From assembly GCA_049903315.1 (NCBI GenBank), contig JBNGBT010000009.1:32001-96000 (forward strand): a stretch of 64,000 nt of DNA. The letters run 5' to 3'. The notes beneath the pieces were generated by a model. The model saw only the letters and a list, made by a program, of their open reading frames with translations, was not told the DNA's origin and made no database searches. Source of the stretch: Candidatus Cloacimonadota bacterium. Lineage in GTDB: Bacteria > Cloacimonadota > Cloacimonadia > JGIOTU-2. Shown one piece after another: positions 19,541 to 29,739 of this stretch; positions within the stretch are counted from its first letter, which is position 1, and each line of letters starts with the position of its first letter. The translations under genes were made by a program, and so were the position numbers.

Positions 19541-20608
19541 GTGATTAAAAACAAAATAATTGTATCTGGGCTATCATTACTAGAAGATTTTGTTTCTGAC
19601 ACAGACGGCCAATGCTTTGCTTGTGATTATGATCTAGAGTGGATGTTTAATCATCCGAGCACATTAATATGGGCTGACAAGATAATCATCTCTCCCACAA
19701 TATTTAAATACATCAAAGAAGAAAAAAGTCCTTATCATAATTCGCAATTGTGTGGTAAGGTTGCAAAGATGTTTTTCGAGGTTGCAGATGAACTCGGTTT
19801 ACTTGAAGTTAAAAAACCCTCTGGTCTTTTCTCAACTGCTTTTGTTTATATAATGAATCGGGGTGTTGAAAATGAATTTCAGGAACTTGTATCTTCCTAT
19901 CCAGAGATGATAACCGAAAAGGGAGAAAGGAATTCACCCTCAATCTTTTCAATTAAAAATGAACATTTCTGTGAACCGCGAGTGTTAGCTTTTTACACCA
20001 GTTTGGCTTTATCAAAATTCTGGGGGGCAAAAATACTTCTTAATAATAAATGGAAATTATATCTTGATTACAGTTATAATTTAAAATCAAAAATAAAAGA
20101 TGGAAAATCACCAAAGTTAAAGGCGTTTGAAACAATATTTTCACAATATATCCCTGAAATGAACTTATACCCTCCAGATATAAGATCAAACTGTATAACA
20201 TGTAAGCACTTTGAAAAATGCAATTCAGAGCACCTTTTTAATGTAGAAAAGTATCTGGGGAAATATTCAAAAATCAGAGAATACGATGAATTATACCAGC
20301 TAAGAAAAGTAATAAACAAAATAATTCTAAGGACAACTGGCGAATTTAACCCAAACGATATAAAAAAGGAATTTTCTGAAGTAAAAATAAAATTAAGAAA
20401 ACAGATGAGAAAGGTGTTCCCATCCTTCTCTCGTTGGTCAAAAATTTCTACAATTATATCTATCCCGGTTATTACATTCGGCTTATCATCTGGTAATCAT
20501 TTAATTAGTGCTGCAGGTGGTGCTTTGGCTGGTATGTCAAAAATGATTGAAAAATATATCGATTTATTTAACAATAAAAACAGATGGATATACTTTAAAC
20601 AAGATTAA
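19541..20608 (+). CDS. Hypothetical protein, AT-rich, with Cys clusters and a hydrophobic C-terminal hairpin
   Basis: 355-aa ORF with GTG start. CFAC and CITCKHFEKC motifs. No recognised family. Confidence 0.65.
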   Translation: MIKNKIIVSGLSLLEDFVSDTDGQCFACDYDLEWMFNHPSTLIWADKIIISPTIFKYIKEEKSPYHNSQLCGKVAKMFFEVADELGLLEVKKPSGLFSTAFVYIMNRGVENEFQELVSSYPEMITEKGERNSPSIFSIKNEHFCEPRVLAFYTSLALSKFWGAKILLNNKWKLYLDYSYNLKSKIKDGKSPKLKAFETIFSQYIPEMNLYPPDIRSNCITCKHFEKCNSEHLFNVEKYLGKYSKIREYDELYQLRKVINKIILRTTGEFNPNDIKKEFSEVKIKLRKQMRKVFPSFSRWSKISTIISIPVITFGLSSGNHLISAAGGALAGMSKMIEKYIDLFNNKNRWIYFKQD

Positions 20609-20696
20609 CGGTATCTATTAAATAAATATTTTAGTCATTATTAGATAATTTAAATATTATGAAATAACATAGTTTCTTTAAATTTCGGAGGTCTTC

Positions 20697-21596
20697 ATGC
20701 CTATTACTCATCGTCAATTCAACCCGGAAGATTTCGCTCGTGTAAGTGATTTCCTTATCGCACATTATCTTCCGGAAAACCGTGATGGCAACTGGCTGCA
20801 GCCGGCATGGGAGTATATGCATACGCATCCTGCACTTGATGAGAAGTCTTTGAATAAGATCAGGATATGGGAAGACAACAGAGAAATCGTAGCTGTGGTT
20901 CATTATGAGTCCCGGCTTGGGGAAGCGTTTTTCCAGGTTCATCCTGACTATGGTAATCTCAAATCGGAAATGCTCGAGTATGCAGAGCACTCTTTTAAGG
21001 GTACAACAAAAGAAGGCAAAACATATCTGCATGTGTTTGTGAATGATTTTGATAATGACTTCAAAAGTCTTGTCCGGTCAAAAGGGTACATACGAGCCGC
21101 AGCAGAAGATCGTCCTCTTTCCATGATGCGTATACCCTGCCCATTTCCTGAAATTGCAGTACCGGATGGATTTATCATCAAAAGTCTCGCTGATGAGAAT
21201 GACTTATACAAGATCAATCGTGTACTTTGGAGAGGTTTTAACCACCCTGGAGAACCGCCTGAAGAAGATGAGGATATTGAAGATAGGAGAAAAATGCAGT
21301 CAAGCCCAAACTTCAGAAAAGATCTGACCATTGTGGTCGCGGCAACATCCGGAGATTTTGTTGCCTTTGCCGGAACATGGTTCGCTCCAAAAAATAATTT
21401 TGCATATGTAGAACCCGTTGCCACTGATCCCGATTTCCGTAAAAGGGGGCTGGGAAAAGCAGCAGTACTCGAAGGTATCCGACGCTGTTGTGAATTAGGG
21501 GCAGCCGTTGCGTATGTAGGTTCGGACCAGTTTTTCTATCAGAAACTTGGATTTAAAAAAATCTTTACTACAGAATGCTGGGAAAAATATTTCTGA
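20697..21596 (+). CDS. GNAT family N-acetyltransferase
   Basis: VEPVATDPDFRKRGLGKA acetyl-CoA motif and FYQKLGF. GGAGG RBS. Confidence 0.9.
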   Translation: MPITHRQFNPEDFARVSDFLIAHYLPENRDGNWLQPAWEYMHTHPALDEKSLNKIRIWEDNREIVAVVHYESRLGEAFFQVHPDYGNLKSEMLEYAEHSFKGTTKEGKTYLHVFVNDFDNDFKSLVRSKGYIRAAAEDRPLSMMRIPCPFPEIAVPDGFIIKSLADENDLYKINRVLWRGFNHPGEPPEEDEDIEDRRKMQSSPNFRKDLTIVVAATSGDFVAFAGTWFAPKNNFAYVEPVATDPDFRKRGLGKAAVLEGIRRCCELGAAVAYVGSDQFFYQKLGFKKIFTTECWEKYF

Positions 21597-21617
21597 AAAA
21601 TAATAGGGAGCTTTCCA

Positions 21618-22529
21618 TTGGAAAACATAACTGACAAAACGATCTTTACTACCCTTATCAGGTCTCCTCAAGAAATCCCTCACGTGCGCCTGCTCATAGA
21701 TAGCATTCGTACTTGGGGAGGAGTTATGGCGGACATTCCAATTATTATCTTTAATGTGAATCCGATTGAGGTCTCAACCAAGGAATTAGAAGGTAAGAAT
21801 GTTGAAAGTATCATGCTTGATGTTCCGGAGAATCTCAGGAGATATTTCTATGGTGATAAAGTTTTTGCAAGTGCGCGTGCCGAAGAACTCTATCCCGAAA
21901 TGGAGACGATCATCTGGATCGATCCTGCATGTCTGGTAGTGAATCCTCCACTCGAATACCAGCTACAAAAAAAGTATGACTGCGCTGTTCGTCCTGTGCA
22001 TATCAAAAATGTAGGTCTTCAAGCAAACGACTCACTCGATATTTTCTGGAAAAGGATCTATGAAATATGCGGTGTTAATGATATCGGCAGAACAGTCGAA
22101 ACCTTTGTTGATAAAAAGCTTATTCGGGCATATTATAATACTCATGCTCTCTCGGTGACTCCTGCTGCATGTTTGTTCAGACAATGGTTTTCATTATTTG
22201 AAAAACTCCTACAAGATGCTGATTACCAGCAAGCTGCATGTGAGGATGTGTGGCACAAGGTTTTCCTCCACCAGGCAGTACTGAGTGCGCTCATTTCAGT
22301 CAGATGCGATGCGGACAGCGTGCGAATCCTTCCCCCCGAATATAATTATCCTTACAATCTGCAGGACAAAGTCCCCGATGAAAGAAGAGCCGCTGTTCTT
22401 AATGATCTTGTTACGGTCGCATATGAAAACCGCACCCTCGATCCTGATACAATGGATGATATCGAGGTTCTCGAGCCACTGAAGGGGTGGTTGGAACGTG
22501 CTGTTCATATATCGCCAGGTTCGAACTAA
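21618..22529 (+). CDS. Hypothetical protein, possible GT8-like glycosyltransferase fold
   Basis: TTG start after GGGAG. LLIDSIR, IIWIDP, YYNT, HQAVLS and LPPEYNYP resemble GT-A folds. Confidence 0.55.
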   Translation: MENITDKTIFTTLIRSPQEIPHVRLLIDSIRTWGGVMADIPIIIFNVNPIEVSTKELEGKNVESIMLDVPENLRRYFYGDKVFASARAEELYPEMETIIWIDPACLVVNPPLEYQLQKKYDCAVRPVHIKNVGLQANDSLDIFWKRIYEICGVNDIGRTVETFVDKKLIRAYYNTHALSVTPAACLFRQWFSLFEKLLQDADYQQAACEDVWHKVFLHQAVLSALISVRCDADSVRILPPEYNYPYNLQDKVPDERRAAVLNDLVTVAYENRTLDPDTMDDIEVLEPLKGWLERAVHISPGSN

Positions 22530-22710
22530 AGGCGATATTGCACTCAAAATTCAAAATAAAGTCCCTTTTATAAAAATTTATTGACCGCTAAACAGAATTT
22601 TGAACAAATTTTCTCTATCACACAGAATATATCGTAATTAATGCAGGTTCTCAAATTATTTTCACAGCAGAAACAGGAAAAATAAATAATATAAACTGGA
22701 GTAATACCCT

Positions 22711-24438
22711 ATGATAAAAGGTGTTCTTTTCATAGTAATTTTATTTCTCTTTTCTCCTCTCAAAGCGTATGAAACTACTCCCCCTGTTATCCACAAACCT
22801 TTTGATGAATCCGCTATTACACAACCTCGTTATATCCCTCTGCAACCTCCCTCGGGACTTGAGATCGTTAATCCTGCAGAATTCGGCAGATCCGATGGCG
22901 TCATACTTGCGTGGCCAGGATGGGGGAATGAGATCATCGGAGATATCGCTTTTGAGGTTGCTCAGGACTATAAAGTGTTCATGGTTGTTGCCAATGATTA
23001 TTATGAAACAGTTGCCGCTGCATATCTCACTTCTGTGGGTGTGAACATGGCAAATGTGTCCTTTATTCATGATTCCACGATGAACAATTCCGGTATGTGG
23101 ATTCGGGATTATGGACCCTTCTGTATACATGATGACGGCAAACGTGGAATTGATGATTTCGTTTGGAGCGGCAATTACGGCATCGATCTTATACCCTACA
23201 CTATTGCAGACACGTTTGACCTCCCTCTTTATCACAGCCCTGTTATCCATCATGGCGGCAATCATATATCAGACGGCAACGGCATGGGCTTTTTCTCTAC
23301 AAATATTTTCAACCATAATACTTCCTACACCCATACTCAAATTAAGCAGGAATTCAAGGATTTCTTCGGTATAGACTCCATGGTCGTGTTCGCACCAATG
23401 AATGGTGATGGCACCGGGCATGTGGATATGTTCTGCAAATTATTGAATGATACGCTTCTCATCGTCGGAGAATATGAAACTCCAAGTGCAAGTTACCCCG
23501 GCGATTATGATCTTCTAAATAATCTGGCTGCTTATCTTGGCACACTTACCAATATTGACGGCAGAAAATTCAGGGTGGAAAGAATCCCGATGCCTGCTTA
23601 TTATTATGGCGGTCCCGCAGGAACAATAAACTACACCTATACAAATTCACTTATTATTAACAACAAGGTACTTGTGCCCGTGTATGGATTTGATATGGAT
23701 GCAGCCGCATTACAGGTTTATGCAGATTTGATGCCCGACCATGAAATAATCGGCATCGATTCTGAATTTATCATCCAGTACTGGGGTGCAGTTCATTGTA
23801 TTACTAGTGAGCTTTTCAGCAACAATCCATTGATAGTACTTCATCATGCAATAGATACTCTTATAGCGGGTGTAGCTCCGCAGATAAAATTCCGGCTTAA
23901 TCCAAAATTTGCTGTGTCGGGAGGATCTGTTTTTTACAAATTAGACTCAGGCATTTTTTTTACTGAAGTTATCGCAGAACTGAACGGAGGAGTATGGACT
24001 GCGAGTTTGCCTGCGATGTCAGAGAATTTCTCTTACTATATTGAAGGTTCTTCTGTTTCCGGCAGTTATAATTTCGAAACAACTCTCCCGGAAAATGCCC
24101 CCTGGGAAACCTTCCCTGTTCTTGTGGAAAATGTTGCGGCTGACAATGAACATGCTTCACCATCCATATGTCTTACCAACTACCCAAATCCTTTCAATCC
24201 ATCAACGACGATCTCATTCAGCATTCATGATCCGGGAAAAATAGAAGTGAGTATATATAATATTAAGGGGCAAAAAGTAAAGAATCTGCTCAAGGAGCCA
24301 AAAGAATCCGGCACATACTCAATAGTTTGGAATGGGAGAGATGAAAAAGAACAAGCGGTTGAGAGCGGAATATATTTCATCAGGCTTGCCACAGAAAAAG
24401 GGCATACCACAATAAAACGAATGATATTGATGAGATAG
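22711..24438 (+). CDS. Secreted agmatine/peptidylarginine deiminase family protein with FlgD/T9SS-like CTD
   Basis: PAEF, WIRDYGP, GGN, TGHVD and GAVHCIT motifs. C-terminal NYPNPFNPST...SGIYF. Confidence 0.88.
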   Translation: MIKGVLFIVILFLFSPLKAYETTPPVIHKPFDESAITQPRYIPLQPPSGLEIVNPAEFGRSDGVILAWPGWGNEIIGDIAFEVAQDYKVFMVVANDYYETVAAAYLTSVGVNMANVSFIHDSTMNNSGMWIRDYGPFCIHDDGKRGIDDFVWSGNYGIDLIPYTIADTFDLPLYHSPVIHHGGNHISDGNGMGFFSTNIFNHNTSYTHTQIKQEFKDFFGIDSMVVFAPMNGDGTGHVDMFCKLLNDTLLIVGEYETPSASYPGDYDLLNNLAAYLGTLTNIDGRKFRVERIPMPAYYYGGPAGTINYTYTNSLIINNKVLVPVYGFDMDAAALQVYADLMPDHEIIGIDSEFIIQYWGAVHCITSELFSNNPLIVLHHAIDTLIAGVAPQIKFRLNPKFAVSGGSVFYKLDSGIFFTEVIAELNGGVWTASLPAMSENFSYYIEGSSVSGSYNFETTLPENAPWETFPVLVENVAADNEHASPSICLTNYPNPFNPSTTISFSIHDPGKIEVSIYNIKGQKVKNLLKEPKESGTYSIVWNGRDEKEQAVESGIYFIRLATEKGHTTIKRMILMR

Positions 24439-24443
24439 AATTT

Positions 24444-25775
24444 ATGTTAAATTTTTTTAAATTACTGAATAAGATTTTCGGCCTATTGTTCACAATCTGC
24501 ATTGTTCTTGTTCATCCAATTATTTGGGCGGATAGCGAATCTCCTGATCTCGAATTGATTATTCAAAAAGCAGAAAATGGAGACGCTTATTACCAGGGAG
24601 TACTGGGAGGAATTTATCGTCGTGGCGAAACAGGTGAAATAAACTATAAAAAAGCCTATGATTTGTCCCGATTATCTTCTGACAAGGGTAATCCAATCGG
24701 TTCATGCAATTTAGCTGTGTTGTATGAATATGGGATCTTCGTTACAAAAGATTCTGTCCGTGCTCATGAACTATATGCAGAAGCCTATATGCCAATGTTT
24801 GAATTGGCAAGTCAGGGCGACGAAAGGGCTCAGGTGAATTTGGGATATATGCTCGAGCTTGGTAATGGCGTTGATCCCGATCTACAAAAAGCACTGATTT
24901 GGTATGAAAGAGCTGCCGTAAATGGATACTCTAGAGCTCAACTCATTGTGGGTTATAAGTACTATTACGGATGGGGATATGAAAAAGATTATGATAAGGC
25001 ATTTGAATGGTTCAAAAAAGCGGCAGAACAAGGTTACCCAATGGCTTGGCAATTTTTGGGAATCATGTATGAAAATGGCTATGGTGTAACAAAAAGTCTT
25101 GATCGGGCTGTGAAATGGCATAGAGAAGCAGAAAAATATCAGCCCAACATAGAGGTGATGCCTCATGATTCTGTGGACTATATGTTTAATGGGATTGAAT
25201 ACAAGGGAGATCAAATAATTCCTGGGTTACTACCTCCCCGCTTTATACTTGAAATTCCTGAAGGCAGCTGTGGTGAATCCTGTTTGTGGAGTATCATTAA
25301 TTCAAAAGAATTCATTTCTGCACAGTTAGAGATCAACACAGATGGAGGGAGTCCCGGGAGAGGATTGCATGCAAACGAGCTTCATAAACCTTTAGATAAA
25401 TATCACATTCAATATGAGGATAATATGAACAAATCATATTTTAACTATGTGGTATCGTTTTTTAATCCTGCAAACCTTTTTTCATCACATGCAAATAAAT
25501 ATAGAGCTTTTTTATATGATGAGATAATCGAGAAAGTAAAACAGGGAAATCCAATTATTTTAGGAGTTAAAATATATCCGGATAAACATTATTTTTGGGA
25601 TTGTGATCACTTTATTTTACTGGTTGGATATAATGAAACTACAAACGAGTTGATCTTCAATGATTTCAACGCACGAAAAAGAATACACGCAGATAAGCTG
25701 TTAGATAAAACTGATGGATATTCCATAATAAACAGGTATAATTTTCTCAATTATATAGAAATTAAGAACTTTTAA
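24444..25775 (+). CDS. Sel1-repeat protein with C-terminal C39-like cysteine peptidase domain
   Basis: Sel1 repeats (AQVNLGYMLELGNGV; WFKKAAEQG). SCGESC, DHFILLVGY and FND motifs. Confidence 0.75.
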   Translation: MLNFFKLLNKIFGLLFTICIVLVHPIIWADSESPDLELIIQKAENGDAYYQGVLGGIYRRGETGEINYKKAYDLSRLSSDKGNPIGSCNLAVLYEYGIFVTKDSVRAHELYAEAYMPMFELASQGDERAQVNLGYMLELGNGVDPDLQKALIWYERAAVNGYSRAQLIVGYKYYYGWGYEKDYDKAFEWFKKAAEQGYPMAWQFLGIMYENGYGVTKSLDRAVKWHREAEKYQPNIEVMPHDSVDYMFNGIEYKGDQIIPGLLPPRFILEIPEGSCGESCLWSIINSKEFISAQLEINTDGGSPGRGLHANELHKPLDKYHIQYEDNMNKSYFNYVVSFFNPANLFSSHANKYRAFLYDEIIEKVKQGNPIILGVKIYPDKHYFWDCDHFILLVGYNETTNELIFNDFNARKRIHADKLLDKTDGYSIINRYNFLNYIEIKNF

Positions 25776-25818
25776 AATCAGTTCAAAATTAAATAAAAAT
25801 TCGATCAGGAGGTTTTGT

Positions 25819-26935
25819 ATGTCGCTTGCTGCTACAATTATCGGATGGATTTTATGTGGTATCTTCTTCATCTTTAATGATCATAACCCTTTCTCTAGGA
25901 AGAATCGTTCCGGCTATACCGTTACTTCTTACCTGTATCCTTGTTTCACCCCTTTTCGGAAAATTGTTCAAAACGAAAAACGTCAAAATCATCATGTATA
26001 TTGTGCGTACAGTTCTCGTGCTTGTATTTCTTTTTGGTTTTGTCATGCTCTCGTTCATTGATGCGATAAAATATCCTTTATACAAAACCAATCAGCTCAA
26101 AGCAGACCTGCAACGCGTCTATGATGAGAAGATGGAAAAATGGCCAGTATCTTATGAGACACAATTTGTTGAATGTGCCGGGGGAAATGCATTTGTGGTT
26201 ATCTGCGGTCCTGAAGATACTCCTCCCGTTCTGCTGTTCCATGCTGCAAGTATGGGATCGTGGTCATGGCTTTATAACGTTGAAGAGCTCGCTCAAGATC
26301 ATAGAGTGTATGCCATAGATTATATTGGGGAACCCGGTAAAAGCATTGTAACAGACGAAAAGGCAATTCCTTTTGATACTGATGGTCTTAATAAAATGTA
26401 TGATGACATCATAGCAGGACTTGGCATCAACCAACCTTATGATGTAATCGGAGCGTCTTTTGGTGGATTCGTTGCAGTTAATCGTGCGATGCATGCCCCC
26501 ACTGATGTCAAATCCGTTATATTACTCGGTCCTATGGGAATGACGCCAGCCACTTCGAGCGTGAATACAAAACTTATGGCATACCAGCTATTCCCGCTTA
26601 AGCCATTCCATAAAATGATGTTCCACTGGGCTTTGGGATATGATCCTGATGTTGTTTCAGAAACAGAGGAATGGTTCTGGCTGGTGCTGAATGGTGTCAC
26701 AAGAAAAGGATCACCGCCAAATACGTTCACACCTGAGCAATTAAAAAAGATAAAAATTCCCATGCTCCTCGTTCTTGGAGACAAAGATGGGCTTGTGGGA
26801 AATCCTGAAATAGTAACTCCGCTTGCTCAAAATGTACTCAATATGAATATTGAGATTCTGCCTTCCGGTTATCTTATCGGTATGGAAAAACCGGAAGAGA
26901 CCAATGCCCTGATTATGGAGTTCCTTAGTAAGTAA
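25819..26935 (+). pseudogene. Membrane-anchored alpha/beta hydrolase, frameshifted
   Basis: AGGAGG-ATG at 25819 gives MSLAATIIGWILCGIFFI. The hydrophobic reading continues in another frame after TTT at about 25873. GASFGG is intact, but the expected catalytic His reads Tyr (SGYLIGMEKP). Confidence 0.7.
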
Positions 26936-27163
26936 AATTCCCCTGCCAGAACCTAACGAAGCAGGAGTTTCTACACAACACAGTCTCCCCCTGCTTGTCA
27001 TTTATTGAGATATACTCCCTTCGAAGGTAGTGGGGTTGCTTCGGAAGTTAAATCTTAAAAAGGTGAATCTTACTGATGATGACTCGATAAAAATAACCCA
27101 TAAAAATTTGACAAGCAAAAACACGTGTTCCTCTTTATCAAAAAAACACATATTAATAAAATT

Positions 27164-27430
27164 ATGAAATACGATATTGACCAAACGTGCAAAATATTAA
27201 AAGCACTCTCTCATCCGGACAGGCTGAAGATCGTGATCGGGTTATATCACGATGAATGTAATGTATCTGCCTGCCAGAAAAAGATGAATCTTCCGCAATC
27301 AACCATTTCCCAGCACCTGAGAACGATCCGTGAAGCAGGAATTTGTATCAGCATGCGCAAGGGAAATCAGGTTTGCTATAAAGTGATTGATAAGTTTGCG
27401 ATTGAACTTATCAAAGTCATGGAAGGATAA
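27164..27430 (+). CDS. ArsR/SmtB family transcriptional regulator
   Basis: LKALSHPDRLKI, ECNV, PQSTISQHL and GNQVCY motifs. Confidence 0.92.
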   Translation: MKYDIDQTCKILKALSHPDRLKIVIGLYHDECNVSACQKKMNLPQSTISQHLRTIREAGICISMRKGNQVCYKVIDKFAIELIKVMEG

Positions 27431-27445
27431 ATTTTTTTACTTATG

Positions 27446-27467
27446 TATATCCAATTATTCGAATATA
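27446..27467 (+). promoter_or_regulatory. Probable ArsR operator
   Basis: Imperfect palindrome TATATCCAATTATTCGAATATA directly after arsR and before the flavoprotein genes. Confidence 0.55.
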
Positions 27468-27495
27468 ACAATAAACAGATAGTAAGGAGAATTAC

Positions 27496-28338
27496 ATGAA
27501 ACACACCATTACACGTAAGGAAGACCTCAATGCTGCCGATTATGTCATTGATGTCGTTGCACCCCGAGTGGCAAAGAAGTTCCGGCCCGGTAATTTCGCG
27601 GTGCTGATCACAGTACCAAATGGTGAAAGGATACCGATGTCCATCGAGAGGGCTGAAGGAGATAAGATCACCATGTATATCAAGCGGCTTGGAAAAACGT
27701 CCCGCGAACTGGACACATGGAACGTGGGTGATGCGCTTTACAAGGTTATTGGACCCATGGGAACACCTCCTCCGCTTAAGAAATACGGTACTGTCGTTTT
27801 TGCGTCAGACCTTGTATGCGGACACGCAGAAAATAATGCGATGTGCCGGGAGCTTTCAAAAATTATGGGCAACCACATTATTTCCATCCAAAGCTTTCCT
27901 GATAAATCACAAATTTATCCGGAACACGAGCTCGCAAAATCTGTGGCTGATGAATTCATTTTATGCACAGAAGATGGTTCTGTTGGAAGAAAAGGACACT
28001 ATCTTGATATCATGCAGGAACTACTCGAAGAGAGAAAGATCGATCAGGTCTTTGCAGGCGGAGGAATTCCCCCCTTGCAAAAACTTTCCATTCTTACAAA
28101 AAAATATAATGTGCCGGTTTATACAACCGTCCGCCAGATCATGGTCGATGCAACCGGTATGTGTGGCTCCTGCCGCGTGTTCATAGATGGGGAACAGAAA
28201 CTCGCCTGTATCGACGGACCTATGTTTGATGGGCATAAAGTTGACTGGGAAGCCGCAATAAGCCGATTGGCTATGTTCAAGGGAAAAGAAGCAGTGGCGA
28301 TGGAATGCTATAACGAAAAAATGAAGGCGGTGGTATAA
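27496..28338 (+). CDS. NfnA/SudB-like FAD and [2Fe-2S] subunit
   Basis: PGNF, GERIPMSI, GPMG, TEDGS, MVDATGMCGSCRV and ACIDGPMFDGH motifs. Confidence 0.85.
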   Translation: MKHTITRKEDLNAADYVIDVVAPRVAKKFRPGNFAVLITVPNGERIPMSIERAEGDKITMYIKRLGKTSRELDTWNVGDALYKVIGPMGTPPPLKKYGTVVFASDLVCGHAENNAMCRELSKIMGNHIISIQSFPDKSQIYPEHELAKSVADEFILCTEDGSVGRKGHYLDIMQELLEERKIDQVFAGGGIPPLQKLSILTKKYNVPVYTTVRQIMVDATGMCGSCRVFIDGEQKLACIDGPMFDGHKVDWEAAISRLAMFKGKEAVAMECYNEKMKAVV

Positions 28339-29717
28339 TGGCTATTCAAAAAAGAATTCCTATGCGCGAGCAGGATCCCAAAACCAGGATCACAAACTTC
28401 CTTTCGGTTCCTCTTGGCTATTCCGCAGAGGAAGCAGTTGAAGAGGCAAAAAGATGCCTACAATGCAAAGTGCCTTTGTGCGAAACAGGATGTCCTGTGC
28501 GCATGAGCGTAAAAGATATCATAAAATTAATCGTTGATGAAGATTTCGAAGAAGCGTTTTTCCTTTCAAAGCAGGACAATGCTGTCCCCGCAATGACCGG
28601 TAGGGTATGCCCACAAGAAGACCAATGTGAAGGGAAGTGCGTGTTAGACAAAACAGGTCAACCGATCAATATTGGAAAATTATTTGCCTTTGTCGCTGAC
28701 TGGGCGCGTGAAAATAATCTCCTGGAAGATACAGTACCAAAAGAGAACGGCAAAAAGGTCGCAATTGTGGGTTCGGGTCCAGCCAGTATTACCTGCGCGG
28801 TCGATCTCCGCAAACTTGGTTATCAGGTCACAATATTTGAAGCGCTGCACATGGCTGGCGGCGTTCTCCAATACGGAATTCCTGCATTCAGGTTACCCCG
28901 CGATGTCGTTGATTATGAACTGTCCTATCTTGAAAAAATCGGCGTAGACATCCAGCTCAATCAAGTAGTTGGTCAGAATGTGGACTTCGAAGAACTCAAA
29001 AAGGAATATGATGCGATCTACCTCGCAACAGGAGCGGGCGCGCCAAGATTCCTCAACTGTGAAGGGGAAAAACTGAAGGGCGTGTATTCTGCAAATGAAT
29101 TCCTGATCAGGGTAAATTTGATGAATGCATATCAATTCCCAGACTGGGATACTCCGATAATTTGCGGCAATAAAGTCGGTGTGATCGGATGCGGAAATGT
29201 CGCAATGGATTCAGCTCGCTGCGCAAAACGCCTCGGTGCAAAAGAAGTGTATATACTTTATAGGCGCACAAAACAGTGTGCTCCGGCACGTGCCGAAGAA
29301 ATCAACCATGCAGAAGAAGAAGGGATTATTTTCAAAGAAATGATCTCCCCGTGCCGTATCTTCGGTGATGAGGACGGCTGGGTAACAGGCATTGAAATGA
29401 TAAAGACCGAATTCAAGGGTACCGACAAAAGCGGTCGCCCAAGACCGGTAAACATCGAAGGCTCCGAGTTCATCATGGAAGTGGACACCATCATAAATGC
29501 TCTTGGTACAACCCCGAATAGACTCTTTCTGAGTAATGTCCCCGAGTTGGACACCCACTCATGGGGCGGGATCAAGGTCGATGATAATTTCATGACGAAT
29601 ATTCCCGGTGTGTTTGCAGGTGGAGATGCACTTTCCGGTGGATCAACAGTTATCGATGCAATGGGAAATGGAAGGGACGCAGCTGAACGTATTAATAGAT
29701 TTTTAAAAAATCACTAA
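28338..29717 (+). CDS. NfnB/SudA-like (GltD-homologous) NADPH-dependent FAD/4Fe-4S subunit
   Basis: CLQCKVPLCETGCP, GRVCPQEDQCE, GSGPAS, YGIPAFRLP, GCGNVAMD and YRR motifs. TAATG coupling. No gltB nearby. Confidence 0.9.
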   Translation: MAIQKRIPMREQDPKTRITNFLSVPLGYSAEEAVEEAKRCLQCKVPLCETGCPVRMSVKDIIKLIVDEDFEEAFFLSKQDNAVPAMTGRVCPQEDQCEGKCVLDKTGQPINIGKLFAFVADWARENNLLEDTVPKENGKKVAIVGSGPASITCAVDLRKLGYQVTIFEALHMAGGVLQYGIPAFRLPRDVVDYELSYLEKIGVDIQLNQVVGQNVDFEELKKEYDAIYLATGAGAPRFLNCEGEKLKGVYSANEFLIRVNLMNAYQFPDWDTPIICGNKVGVIGCGNVAMDSARCAKRLGAKEVYILYRRTKQCAPARAEEINHAEEEGIIFKEMISPCRIFGDEDGWVTGIEMIKTEFKGTDKSGRPRPVNIEGSEFIMEVDTIINALGTTPNRLFLSNVPELDTHSWGGIKVDDNFMTNIPGVFAGGDALSGGSTVIDAMGNGRDAAERINRFLKNH

Positions 29718-29739
29718 AATTAATATAAAGGAAGTCCTT

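Noticed and set aside
28338..29717. Annotation as glutamate synthase small subunit gltD
   Set aside because: No gltB nearby. Coupling to an NfnA/SudB-like gene indicates Nfn/Sud.
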